From positions 2,274 through 66,273 of the forward strand of contig DIAS01000056.1 in NCBI GenBank assembly GCA_002415855.1: 64,000 bases of DNA, given 5' to 3'. The stretch's first letter is position 1. The number at the start of each line of letters is the position of its first letter. Shown here piece by piece: positions 37,601 through 46,831 of the stretch. The notes under the pieces were generated by a model. The model was not told the origin of the DNA. It did not search any database and saw nothing but the letters and a program-made list of their open reading frames with translations. This stretch comes from Bacteroidales bacterium UBA5072 (GTDB lineage: Bacteria; Bacteroidota; Bacteroidia; Bacteroidales; UBA10428). Position numbers and translations under genes: made by a program.

Positions 37601-40600
37601 TCAGTTGCGGGGAATGGTAAAATGAAAAATCGTGCCCTTTTGCTCCTCACTGTCGCACCAGATCTTGCCCCCGTTCTTTTCCACAAATTCGCGGCAAAGC
37701 AGCAAGCCCAGGCCCGTACCTGTCTCCCCTGCCGTACCGTTGGTTTTGTATTTAACATCGATGCGGAATAATTTCTCCATGTTTTCAGGCGAAATACCAA
37801 CCCCCTGATCCTTTACCAGGACCTCATACAAATCAGGGTGTTCCTTGATATCAACCTCTACTGATCTTTCTCCCGAGGTGTACTTCACGGCATTATTGAC
37901 CAGGTTTCTGATCACCGTATTGATCATTTCCCAGTCGCCAAAAGCAAAATGATCCCTGTCAACGGTATTTCTGAGGATAATTCCCTTTTCCCCGGCCGTC
38001 ACCTTGTGCAAATTGACATTTACCTCCACCAGTTTTGAAAGATTGAACCGTGTCGGGGAGAACACAATGCCTCCCCGCTGCGATCTTGACCAGGTAAGAA
38101 GATTCTCAAGTAGCTTATAGATCAGTTCCACCAGCTGATGGATCTTTCCCAATCCTGTCCGCTTGTCCTGTTCTTCCAGGTTGTCATAATTACGGCTGAG
38201 CAATTCACTCATCGAATAGAGGCTTGAAAATGGTCCTTTCAGGTCATGCGCCAGTATGGAAAAGAACTTGTCCTTGGTGGAATTGAGTTCATCCAGTTTG
38301 TCCTTTTGCCGGACAATTTCTTCCGTACGTTCATTTACTTTCATTTCCAGCGTATGTTTCTCTTTCACCAGGGACCTCTCTCTCCAACGGATGAAAAGAA
38401 AGATTGCTGTCAGCATAAGCAGGATGTAGGTCAGGATAGCATATTTGCTTTTCCACCAGGGAGGTGCAATATAAATACCAAGGCTGGTCGGATTATCGTT
38501 CCATAATCCGTCACTGTTGGTCCCCTTAACCCTGAAGATATACTTACCGGGAGGCAAATTGGTAAAATGTACAAACCGTCTGTTTCCAACATTGATCCAT
38601 TTATCCGACAGAGGTTCCAACTGGTAGGCATACTGGTTTTTCAACGGATCGGAATAGTCAAGCGCTGCGAACTCAATGGTGAATGAATAATCCCTGAAGG
38701 TAAGCCTGATCTCATTTTTATATACACTTACAGTCGATCTTACGCCATTGTTTTCCTTTTCAAACGAAGTGATTTTTACAGGCGGATTATAATCATTGTC
38801 CTGAAGGGAATCTGGAAAAAATGAGATAAATCCGTCCATGCCTCCGAAAAACAATTCCCCGTCCTCCCCCTTGAAAACTGCTTTGATATTGAATTCCATT
38901 CCCTGTACCCCTTCTTCAAGCGCAAATGCCTTGATTGTCTGAGAGGCCTGATTATACCTGGCAAGGCCATTCCCTGTTGTGAACCACAGGTCATGATTGT
39001 TGTCTTCCATGATATCATAGATAATGTTGCTGGGAAGGCCATCAATCATTGTGAAGCACCGGAATACTGAATCTGATAGACTGAACCTGTTGACCCCGGT
39101 GCTTGTTCCGATCCAGATATTGCCGCTGAAGTCCTCACACAGTGAAATGGTATAATTATCGCACAAAGTATTTACCGATCCCTGTTGCCGCAGATAGTGG
39201 TGAATAGTCCCTTCCCTTGGTACGTAACGATCTAGGCCATTGGATGTGGCTATCCAGATGTTTCCGTCCCTGTCCTCAAGCAACGAATATACCAGGTTAC
39301 TGCTGATGGTAAACGGTGATCTGGTCCCCGACTGGATAATCCGGCTTTTTTTTGTTTTAGGATCCAGCTGAAAAATGCCATTTCCTGTTCCGATCCAGAT
39401 ACTGCCGCCGGAATCTTCAATGATGCAGTAAACCCGGTTCCCATTGAAATACCCCGAGTCCCTGACACCCAGGTATTCCTGGAAAGGAATGAATTGCCCG
39501 GTTTCACGAACGAATATAAAAACCCCGTTTCTGGTGCCCAGCCATATTTTTGCCTGGCTATCCCTGAAGATCACATGCACGTTATTCTCAGGAATATGCA
39601 TTTTGCCATGAAATTCAGATGAATATTGTTTGACTTCCCGGGTTTTGCGGTCAAAAATGTTCAGTCCCTTGTTCCAGTTGCCAATCCAAATTTTTCCGTC
39701 ATCATCCTTGAACAGGGATGCGATGACATTGTCCAACAAATCAACCGAGGCAGGATCTTCTGACTTTTTATAATGCCGGAATTTTTTCTTCTTCAGGTCC
39801 ATTTTATCAATACCTGCAATGGTGCCGATCCACAGATTTTGTGATTTGTCCTCATAGAGTGAATACACGATATCATGGCTGAGGTAATTGGGATTGTTTG
39901 CCAGGCTCCTGAAATGACTGATATGTTCCGGGTTACCCGGTACAGCGTATGTCATCTTGTTCAACCCGCCTTCCTCGGTCCCGATCCAAAGAGCCCCGGT
40001 ACGGTCCTGTGTGATCGACCGGATAAAATTGCTGCTCAAAGTGTTATCACTGCTCTCATCATGAAACCTTCGCGAGAATACGCCTGATTTTTTGTTGTAA
40101 ATGTTTAATCCGTTCCGGGTTCCGACCAGGATGTTCCCTGCCCTGTCTTCGTATAAAGCGGTAATATGGTTGTCACTGAGCGAATGAACATCGTCAGCAT
40201 CATGGACAAAGTTCCTGAATTGCATGTTCCGGGGATCAAAACAGCTCAGCCCGTGTGTGGAGGCAATCCAGATAAGGCCATCCCTGTCGTATATGATGGG
40301 ATATCCGATATCATAAAGAATGCCTTCATACCCGTACAGGTTATTGTAAGTCTCCAGTCTTCCGGTTACGAGATTAAGCACAGATAAGGCAGGCGGTGTA
40401 TTGATATAAATCAGTGAATCGTGAGCAGTTATACCGTAAACAAAAATGTCATTGATCACAGAACCCGGAATTCTGTGATTGATCACCGTAAACTTACCTG
40501 TTTTTTTGTCAAACCGGTTCAAGCCTCGCTTGGTGGCAATCCACAGATTACCGCTTTTATCCTCGGTGATACCATAAATCCAGCTGCTTGAAATTGAGGT

Positions 40601-40837
40601 TGAATCATTGGGATTAAAGAAATACTTTTCAAAAGTATACCCGTTAAACTTGTTTAGTCCGTTCTGGGTCCCAAACCAGATAAATCCTTCAGAATCCTGA
40701 AAAATACATTTGATTTCACTTTGTGATAATCCGTCTTTGACCGAGTAATGCTTAAAGCTCGTTTGCTGGGATCGCACCGGGATAATCCCGCAGATCAGCA
40801 GGATGTATATCAGGTATGTGGTCCGGAATGCTGTCAA
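37601..40837 (-). CDS. sensor histidine kinase with periplasmic two-component-regulator propellers and Y_Y_Y domain; no receiver or DNA-binding output
   Basis: Repeated ...G.IWIGT..GL..... propeller motifs and Y_Y_Y (LPPGKYIFRVKGTNSDGLWN). One TM, H-box FFSILAHDLKGP, and HATPase NLVNNAVKYT ... GTGLGLLLCREF. The protein ends directly after the ATPase domain. Confidence 0.8.
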   Translation of the reverse strand: MTAFRTTYLIYILLICGIIPVRSQQTSFKHYSVKDGLSQSEIKCIFQDSEGFIWFGTQNGLNKFNGYTFEKYFFNPNDSTSISSSWIYGITEDKSGNLWIATKRGLNRFDKKTGKFTVINHRIPGSVINDIFVYGITAHDSLIYINTPPALSVLNLVTGRLETYNNLYGYEGILYDIGYPIIYDRDGLIWIASTHGLSCFDPRNMQFRNFVHDADDVHSLSDNHITALYEDRAGNILVGTRNGLNIYNKKSGVFSRRFHDESSDNTLSSNFIRSITQDRTGALWIGTEEGGLNKMTYAVPGNPEHISHFRSLANNPNYLSHDIVYSLYEDKSQNLWIGTIAGIDKMDLKKKKFRHYKKSEDPASVDLLDNVIASLFKDDDGKIWIGNWNKGLNIFDRKTREVKQYSSEFHGKMHIPENNVHVIFRDSQAKIWLGTRNGVFIFVRETGQFIPFQEYLGVRDSGYFNGNRVYCIIEDSGGSIWIGTGNGIFQLDPKTKKSRIIQSGTRSPFTISSNLVYSLLEDRDGNIWIATSNGLDRYVPREGTIHHYLRQQGSVNTLCDNYTISLCEDFSGNIWIGTSTGVNRFSLSDSVFRCFTMIDGLPSNIIYDIMEDNNHDLWFTTGNGLARYNQASQTIKAFALEEGVQGMEFNIKAVFKGEDGELFFGGMDGFISFFPDSLQDNDYNPPVKITSFEKENNGVRSTVSVYKNEIRLTFRDYSFTIEFAALDYSDPLKNQYAYQLEPLSDKWINVGNRRFVHFTNLPPGKYIFRVKGTNSDGLWNDNPTSLGIYIAPPWWKSKYAILTYILLMLTAIFLFIRWRERSLVKEKHTLEMKVNERTEEIVRQKDKLDELNSTKDKFFSILAHDLKGPFSSLYSMSELLSRNYDNLEEQDKRTGLGKIHQLVELIYKLLENLLTWSRSQRGGIVFSPTRFNLSKLVEVNVNLHKVTAGEKGIILRNTVDRDHFAFGDWEMINTVIRNLVNNAVKYTSGERSVEVDIKEHPDLYEVLVKDQGVGISPENMEKLFRIDVKYKTNGTAGETGTGLGLLLCREFVEKNGGKIWCDSEEQKGTIFHFTIPRN

Positions 40838-40964
40838 TTTGTTACTGTAATGATCGTCACTAATTTACGCAATTACACAACTCAAATCAATCCATTGGGC
40901 TGATATTTGATAAAAAATAAGGTCCATGCTCCTGATAATTAACAGGCAACAGTATCTAAATGCC

Positions 40965-43613
40965 TTACAGTGAAAACCAGTAGGAGAGTTTAATCAGGAA
41001 TACATTGTGGGGAACGACCGAGAACAGCTCTTTCATATCATTGCCGTACGAAAATGTTCCGGTCGATTCAGTGCTTGTCCTGCCTTGCGACCATACCAGG
41101 TACAACGTTGAACCGGGCAGGTACTCCCACCGGAGAACAAGGTTTGAGCGGAACTGCCGGAAGTTGAAGTCTGGATTACCGATATAGTAGTCATCGGTAC
41201 CGTCCGTATTTTCATCAACCGAATACAGGTTATCCGGTATACTGTAACTGATCTCGCTACCGGAGAAAATATGGTACCGGTCCGTATACTTGTCCGCATC
41301 CGGTTCAGTGATCCTGCTGAAATTGGTGTACTTTCCTGCCGAGACGAATGGCTGGCCATAGTACTCCAGGGAAAGTTCCGGATTCAGGGTAAAATTCACC
41401 CGGAAAGTAAAACTCATGGTTTCCTGATCCAGTTCGGCAAACAGATACCGGGGATCACCATCCATATCGGTAGTTGTCACATATTGCAGTTGATTGTTTT
41501 GAATGCTGTAAGTAGGCTCAAATGAAATGGATAATGCATTCATCGGTTGGATATTGGCCCCCAGCCAATATTCATGATACCGGTAACTGTTCTCATCACC
41601 CAAACCATGATAATTGCCGATGTACAGAGATGCCTTCTTTGACTGGTCGGTTGAAACGTTCAGATTCATTTCCGTGCCCCCCGGCAGAATGATTGACGGG
41701 CCACCCCGCAGCAAGCTGGTTGATGTATTTTCCGTGATCCTTGTTAAGTTACCATTGATGCGCCAGCGATTCTTAAACTGGGAATTGAAATTTGTGTTCA
41801 GCAGAAAGGAAAGCAGTTTTCCCGAGAAATTCCAGTACATCCAGTAATTCGTATTCAGGTAAAAGTTATTGAAGATTGAAAAAGGATCCCGCAAATAGTA
41901 GGCTACCCAGGTACCCTGGTGAATGACATCTGAATAACGCATGTAGCCGATATCATTAAATTCCAGTCCCGGTGACCGCACGGTAAAACTGGTTTCAAAC
42001 TGCAGCTTCTTTTGGCTGTATCTTCCCATTTTGACAGTCCCGCCATAACCTGGCAGCGAAGTCAGGGAGGAATCAACAGAAAGATATTCAGCATCCGGGC
42101 GCTGGTAATACCTGGCCGAGGACCGCTGTGTAGCGATAAGGGCTTCTTCCTTCCCCTTCACCTCGCTGAATTCTGCATTGCCTGCCACGTACCAGGTACG
42201 TTCCTTCCAGTTGTGTTTGAAATCGATGCCACCTGTATAAGCTGCTTTATGCAGGTAGTCAAGGGCAGGGTTATTGATATCCCTGTTCACGGCGGTGAAT
42301 ATGCCCCCGATCACTGTCTCCCCTTTGTTAAAATCCTGCTGTACCCGTCCAACCAGGTAACTGGTAAGCGGCTCTACACTTTCCTTTCTCCGGATCCCGG
42401 CACTGTCAATAATTGCATTTTCATTGGAAGTAATACTTTCCAGAACACCAACAGACAATCCCTTTTTTGTCTTGCCCGACAGCTTCATTGCAGCCAGGAT
42501 CGTAGTAGCTTCGGGCATATCCACGTATTCAGAACCTGAAACTTCGGGGTAATTGTGCGGATATCTTCCGATCCGGCGGGAATAGAAGAGATTATCAGCT
42601 CCCATGTTGCTGATGACAATTGTGCTTGTGGGACTGAACTCGTAAATATTCTTGCCTTCAACAAATAAAGGACGCCTTTCCGAGAAATAGGTTTCGAAAG
42701 CTGTCAGGTTAACTTCGGATGGATCCGCCTCCACCTGCCCGAAATCGGGATTGATAGAAAAGTCGAGCATAAAATCGTTGGTGATCGCTAATTTCCCGTC
42801 GAGCCCTCCGGTGAAGGAACTCGATTTGCCATCCAGAAAGGGATTACCGGGCACTTCTTCAAAACGCTCCATGCGGGCAACGGCATAAGGCATCAGCTCG
42901 ACCTGCCGTTTTGGTTTGATATTGGTTATGCCGTGAAGTTCTCCGAATAAATGGACCATTCCGGGTGAGCCCTTGGGTATGAACTGCCAGGTTGAACGCT
43001 CTTCCAGCCGGAAAAGGTGGCGCATCAGCTGGATCCCCCATACATGTTCATCCTTTTTGCCGAACCTGAGCTGGCTGAACGGGATCTTCATCTCGGCACA
43101 CCAGCCCTGGTCATCGATGGAGGTCTTCAGGTACCATACAGGATTCCAGCTGTCGTCCCAGTTATTCCCGTCGTCGGTTATCGCCTCATCGCCCTTTGTA
43201 CCCGAGGCCATGGCAGTAAAGGAGAAGGCAGTTTGCTGGTCATAGTAACTGTCGATATTGATTTCTACCATGTCCCCGTCGAAGTTATCCCTGCGCGACA
43301 TCCTCCGGCTTATTTTTTTCGGTTCGGTATCAAAGGCACGAATAAACACATACAGGTTGTTATTGTCATACAGAATTTTAAACGAGGTCTGTTGCGAGGG
43401 CGGTTTATTTTCGTATGGCTGGGTCTGGATAAAATCTCCGCCCCATTCCACCTGGTTCCAGCAGCTGTCATTCATCAAACCGTCTATAACAGGGACCTCC
43501 CGGGTTAAAACGGTCTGATAGGATCTCTTTTCAACGGTTTGTGAATAACTGGATGAAAATAAGATGATTAGAAGGAAGCCAATAGCTTTTCCATTTAAAA
43601 ATAAAGTTTTCAT
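40965..43613 (-). CDS. DUF5916 / CBM9-like domain outer-membrane-type protein
   Basis: Signal peptide. The N-terminal CBM9/DOMON-like region (IDGLMNDSCWNQVEWGGDFIQ) is followed by a long beta-rich region ending in an aromatic residue. Confidence 0.6.
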   Translation of the reverse strand: MKTLFLNGKAIGFLLIILFSSSYSQTVEKRSYQTVLTREVPVIDGLMNDSCWNQVEWGGDFIQTQPYENKPPSQQTSFKILYDNNNLYVFIRAFDTEPKKISRRMSRRDNFDGDMVEINIDSYYDQQTAFSFTAMASGTKGDEAITDDGNNWDDSWNPVWYLKTSIDDQGWCAEMKIPFSQLRFGKKDEHVWGIQLMRHLFRLEERSTWQFIPKGSPGMVHLFGELHGITNIKPKRQVELMPYAVARMERFEEVPGNPFLDGKSSSFTGGLDGKLAITNDFMLDFSINPDFGQVEADPSEVNLTAFETYFSERRPLFVEGKNIYEFSPTSTIVISNMGADNLFYSRRIGRYPHNYPEVSGSEYVDMPEATTILAAMKLSGKTKKGLSVGVLESITSNENAIIDSAGIRRKESVEPLTSYLVGRVQQDFNKGETVIGGIFTAVNRDINNPALDYLHKAAYTGGIDFKHNWKERTWYVAGNAEFSEVKGKEEALIATQRSSARYYQRPDAEYLSVDSSLTSLPGYGGTVKMGRYSQKKLQFETSFTVRSPGLEFNDIGYMRYSDVIHQGTWVAYYLRDPFSIFNNFYLNTNYWMYWNFSGKLLSFLLNTNFNSQFKNRWRINGNLTRITENTSTSLLRGGPSIILPGGTEMNLNVSTDQSKKASLYIGNYHGLGDENSYRYHEYWLGANIQPMNALSISFEPTYSIQNNQLQYVTTTDMDGDPRYLFAELDQETMSFTFRVNFTLNPELSLEYYGQPFVSAGKYTNFSRITEPDADKYTDRYHIFSGSEISYSIPDNLYSVDENTDGTDDYYIGNPDFNFRQFRSNLVLRWEYLPGSTLYLVWSQGRTSTESTGTFSYGNDMKELFSVVPHNVFLIKLSYWFSL

Positions 43614-43862
43614 CAGATTGGTAAATTGGGTCTATTAAAGCAAACGTATAATAATGACCTTAATTATTGGGAAACGCTGCATGATCGGACTTTTTAAATC
43701 ATCCCTCCGCCACTTTAACCGAAGTCCTTCGTTTATTTATCCGGCAGTGCTTTTACACTTTTTACCGGCCCTGTGCAGCAAAAAAGTAACTGTTGCGTCT
43801 TTAATAAGCTGTATCGGAATTTAATCCAATTACGCTGAAGTTTTACCAACAACCTTAAAAAT

Positions 43863-44828
43863 ATGAAAAAATCAATCAGCCAAGGCTTTATTTTGTTTTT
43901 TCTTTTCTTGCTTGCTTCACTTACCTCCTGCGTTACTTCCCAATCCTGGGTCCCTGTGAAGGGGAACGGTGAATCCGAAGAGAAGAACTATACCGTTACT
44001 GACTTTCACGGAATTGATGTTTCAGGCGGCTTCGATGTTGTATTGGTACAGGGGCCTTCTGATGGCCTTACCCTGACCGCCCAGAAAAATCTATTCGAAC
44101 ATATCACCGTGAAAGTGGACCAGGGAATATTGAAAATATACACCGAAAACAACATCATGGCTACCCGGCCTTTGAAAGCCCGGATAACCTTCAGAAGCAT
44201 CGACAACCTGAAGGTTTCGGGCGGCGGTGACGTTACATCTGAAACCACGATTGAAGTTCCTGATCTGGATGTTTCAATCAGCGGTGGCGGAGATTATTCC
44301 ACCTTCGTCAATACAGGCAAATTGAATTTTCATATCAGCGGAGGCGGTGACGCTGAAATAAACGGAAGTATTAAGACATACAACGTTGATCTGTCCGGAG
44401 GAGGCGATATCCACAGTGAAATAGCCAGTGGTACAGTTAACTGCAGGATCTCCGGAGGAGGAGATATGACACTCTTGAACAAGGAAAAAGGCACCGAAGC
44501 CGACATTGACATCAGCGGTGGCGGCGATCTGAAGGTGGACATGAACATGGAAAGGCTGAAAATCTCAGTATCGGGAGGAGGGGATGCAACGCTTGCCGGA
44601 CAGGCTTCAGAGCTGGAACTGACCATCAATGGCGGTGGTGATGTTTTTGCTGCTGATCTTGCAGCCGGTGTTGTTACCTTTCAGGTCAGCGGAGGATCCG
44701 ATGTCCACGTAAATGCATCCCGCGAAATTACCGGTCATATTTCAGGCGGTGGCAATGTTTACTACTCAGGAGGTGCAGAAAAAATCGACGTTGACGCCAG
44801 AGGTGGTTCAGAGATTCATAAACAATAA
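43863..44828 (+). CDS. lipoprotein with head GIN domain (DUF2807) repeats
   Basis: Lipobox LTSC. About ten repeats of (I/V)SGGGD. Confidence 0.7.
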   Translation: MKKSISQGFILFFLFLLASLTSCVTSQSWVPVKGNGESEEKNYTVTDFHGIDVSGGFDVVLVQGPSDGLTLTAQKNLFEHITVKVDQGILKIYTENNIMATRPLKARITFRSIDNLKVSGGGDVTSETTIEVPDLDVSISGGGDYSTFVNTGKLNFHISGGGDAEINGSIKTYNVDLSGGGDIHSEIASGTVNCRISGGGDMTLLNKEKGTEADIDISGGGDLKVDMNMERLKISVSGGGDATLAGQASELELTINGGGDVFAADLAAGVVTFQVSGGSDVHVNASREITGHISGGGNVYYSGGAEKIDVDARGGSEIHKQ

Positions 44829-44877
44829 TGGTCTTTAGCCTGACAGGTTTTATGATCCTGCCAGGTGGAGTATTTCG

Positions 44878-44911
44878 AAACCTGACAGGTTATAATAAAA
44901 CTGTCAGGTTT
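44878..44911 (+). terminator. hairpin, probable intrinsic terminator
   Basis: AAACCTGACAG-gttataataaaa-CTGTCAGGTTT (perfect 11-bp stem) followed by cttgtttc. Located 50 nt after the stop at 44828. Confidence 0.5.
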
Positions 44912-45065
44912 CTTGTTTCAATTATTTAACTTTGTCACGGGAATTCATGCCCACAGGAATGAACCCGAAACTGGAAAAATTATCCTGTCACGCAACTTTT
45001 TGCCGCTGATTTTGTCTTACTACAGGTACAACATACAAAGTACATAACGATGAAACTTTAATTCC

Positions 45066-45728
45066 ATGATAAGCACTATGAAAACACGAATATTTATTCC
45101 ACTGGTACTTTTATCTGCCTATTTTTTAACCAGTTGTAAGCAAGATGAAATAGTTTACTATTCCGAACTGGGCAATATTAGAATTGCCAATGACAGCGCC
45201 ATCATTGAAACAGATGCAGGCGACCGGCTGCTTGTGCATAATCCTGAAAGTATAAGCCCCACTGTTGCGAACAATGACCGGGTACTGGTTGATTTCTCGC
45301 TTGTTGAAGGTACCGCTCCTGCAGGCATTGATTATGTCATTGATATCATAAACCTTATGGAAGTGTTGGTAAAGCCTGTTATTGTTATTACACCGGAGAA
45401 TGCTGATTCCATTGGCAATGATCCTATTACTGTCAGTAACCTTTGGCTCGAAAAGAACTATCTGAACCTTAGTTTCACATTCTTCGGGGGAGAGCAGGGC
45501 CATATCATCAACCTTGTTCGGAATCCCGGGGAAATACCTGTTGACACTGTTGACCTTGAAATCAGGCACAATGAGCACAATGACAATGGCACATACTATT
45601 ATATTTCCCTGGTTTCGTTCGACCTGACCTCACTGCAGAATGAAGTCGCTGACTCGGTCATTCTCAGCGTCAAAGCCTATGAAGGAGATAGCCGGACTTT
45701 TCAGAAATTCATAACCTATAAGTTCTGA
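45066..45728 (+). CDS. hypothetical lipoprotein
   Basis: Signal plus lipobox LTSCKQDE and a beta-rich body. No family recognised with confidence. Confidence 0.5.
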   Translation: MISTMKTRIFIPLVLLSAYFLTSCKQDEIVYYSELGNIRIANDSAIIETDAGDRLLVHNPESISPTVANNDRVLVDFSLVEGTAPAGIDYVIDIINLMEVLVKPVIVITPENADSIGNDPITVSNLWLEKNYLNLSFTFFGGEQGHIINLVRNPGEIPVDTVDLEIRHNEHNDNGTYYYISLVSFDLTSLQNEVADSVILSVKAYEGDSRTFQKFITYKF

Positions 45729-45737
45729 CAGTCTCTT

Positions 45738-46400
45738 TTACCTGGAAGCCATTTCCCGCAATTCGCCTGATTCATAAGTAACTTTTCCCTGCGGCAAACC
45801 GGCTATTTTTATCATCGCCTTTGCCACATCGCGGGCACTGATTCCCCTGTATTTGCTGAAGGGCCCTGCGAACATCCACCCGAAAACTTTCATGAAGTTG
45901 AGGGCAGCCTTTTCTCCAAAACGGTATTCCTTCCGGTTTCCCATCAGCAGGGAAGGACGGACAACCTTTATATTGCCCTTGTAATATGTTTTCACGGAAT
46001 TCTCCATTTCACCTTTGGTTTGCAGGTAGAAATTGAAAGAGGAGGCCAGGGCACCCAATGATGAAATTACCACCATGCTGGGAACTGAAAGCTCTTGTGC
46101 CAGCTTGGCGATTTGTACCGGGATATCCAGGTCTACCTTTCGGAAGGCCGCTTTTGACCCGGCAGTCTTAATGGTTGTACCAATGCAGCAGAAATAGGTT
46201 TCCGCGTTTAATTTATCCTTGAACTGCGATAGCTGTGAGTAGTCTGGCAGTATTATTTGTTCAAGTCTGGAATCTGAATCCGGAAGATCTTTTCGTACTA
46301 CAGCAACTACCTTGTCGTAATCACTGCTTTCCAGAAGTCCCGAAACAAGTTCTCTGCCAACCAGCCCGGTGGCACCGAAAACAACGGCGGTTTTATTCAT
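45738..46400 (-). CDS. NAD(P)H-binding atypical SDR oxidoreductase
   Basis: VFGATGLVGRELV glycine-rich motif; 220 aa. Confidence 0.75.
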   Translation of the reverse strand: MNKTAVVFGATGLVGRELVSGLLESSDYDKVVAVVRKDLPDSDSRLEQIILPDYSQLSQFKDKLNAETYFCCIGTTIKTAGSKAAFRKVDLDIPVQIAKLAQELSVPSMVVISSLGALASSFNFYLQTKGEMENSVKTYYKGNIKVVRPSLLMGNRKEYRFGEKAALNFMKVFGWMFAGPFSKYRGISARDVAKAMIKIAGLPQGKVTYESGELREMASR

Positions 46401-46540
46401 TTTGTAACAATTTCAAATTAAATTCCCATTTAAATTTATTAATCCAAAGTTATCATACCTTTTCGACACATAAGTCAATTCTTGAAATTTTCTATTTGAG
46501 CTTACTAATGTAATGTTTTAAGGCTAAGTAATCCCTTACC

Positions 46541-46624
46541 ATGTTTTTCGGTACACCGCCGTTTGACAGAAATACCTGCACTTGCGACTGCATAACCTCA
46601 TCACGCTATACCAGGATGAATTAG
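46541..46624 (+). CDS. unannotated 27-aa micro-ORF MFFGTPPFDRNTCTCDCITSSRYTRMN
   Basis: Read by hand: ATG at 46541, TAG at 46622, in-frame TAA at 46529. TCTCDCITSSRYT resembles TCICDCIATSHTY in the tail of the downstream WD40 protein but uses different Cys codons (tgc versus tgt). Expression is unproven. Confidence 0.3.
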   Translation: MFFGTPPFDRNTCTCDCITSSRYTRMN

Positions 46625-46831
46625 TCATCCTTACCGGAGTAAAAGGATGATCAGCCTTAAATTGTGAGGATTATAAATTCTTAGCCTAATAAACTATTAA
46701 TTATTTTTTTGTAATTTTAAATATGCTATTCTACTGGAAACCAGTATGAAATAGGAATCATCAATAAGTCAACTTGAATAATAATTAACAAGGAATCCAT
46801 TGTCTTCCAACATACTTTTAATTGTACTAAT

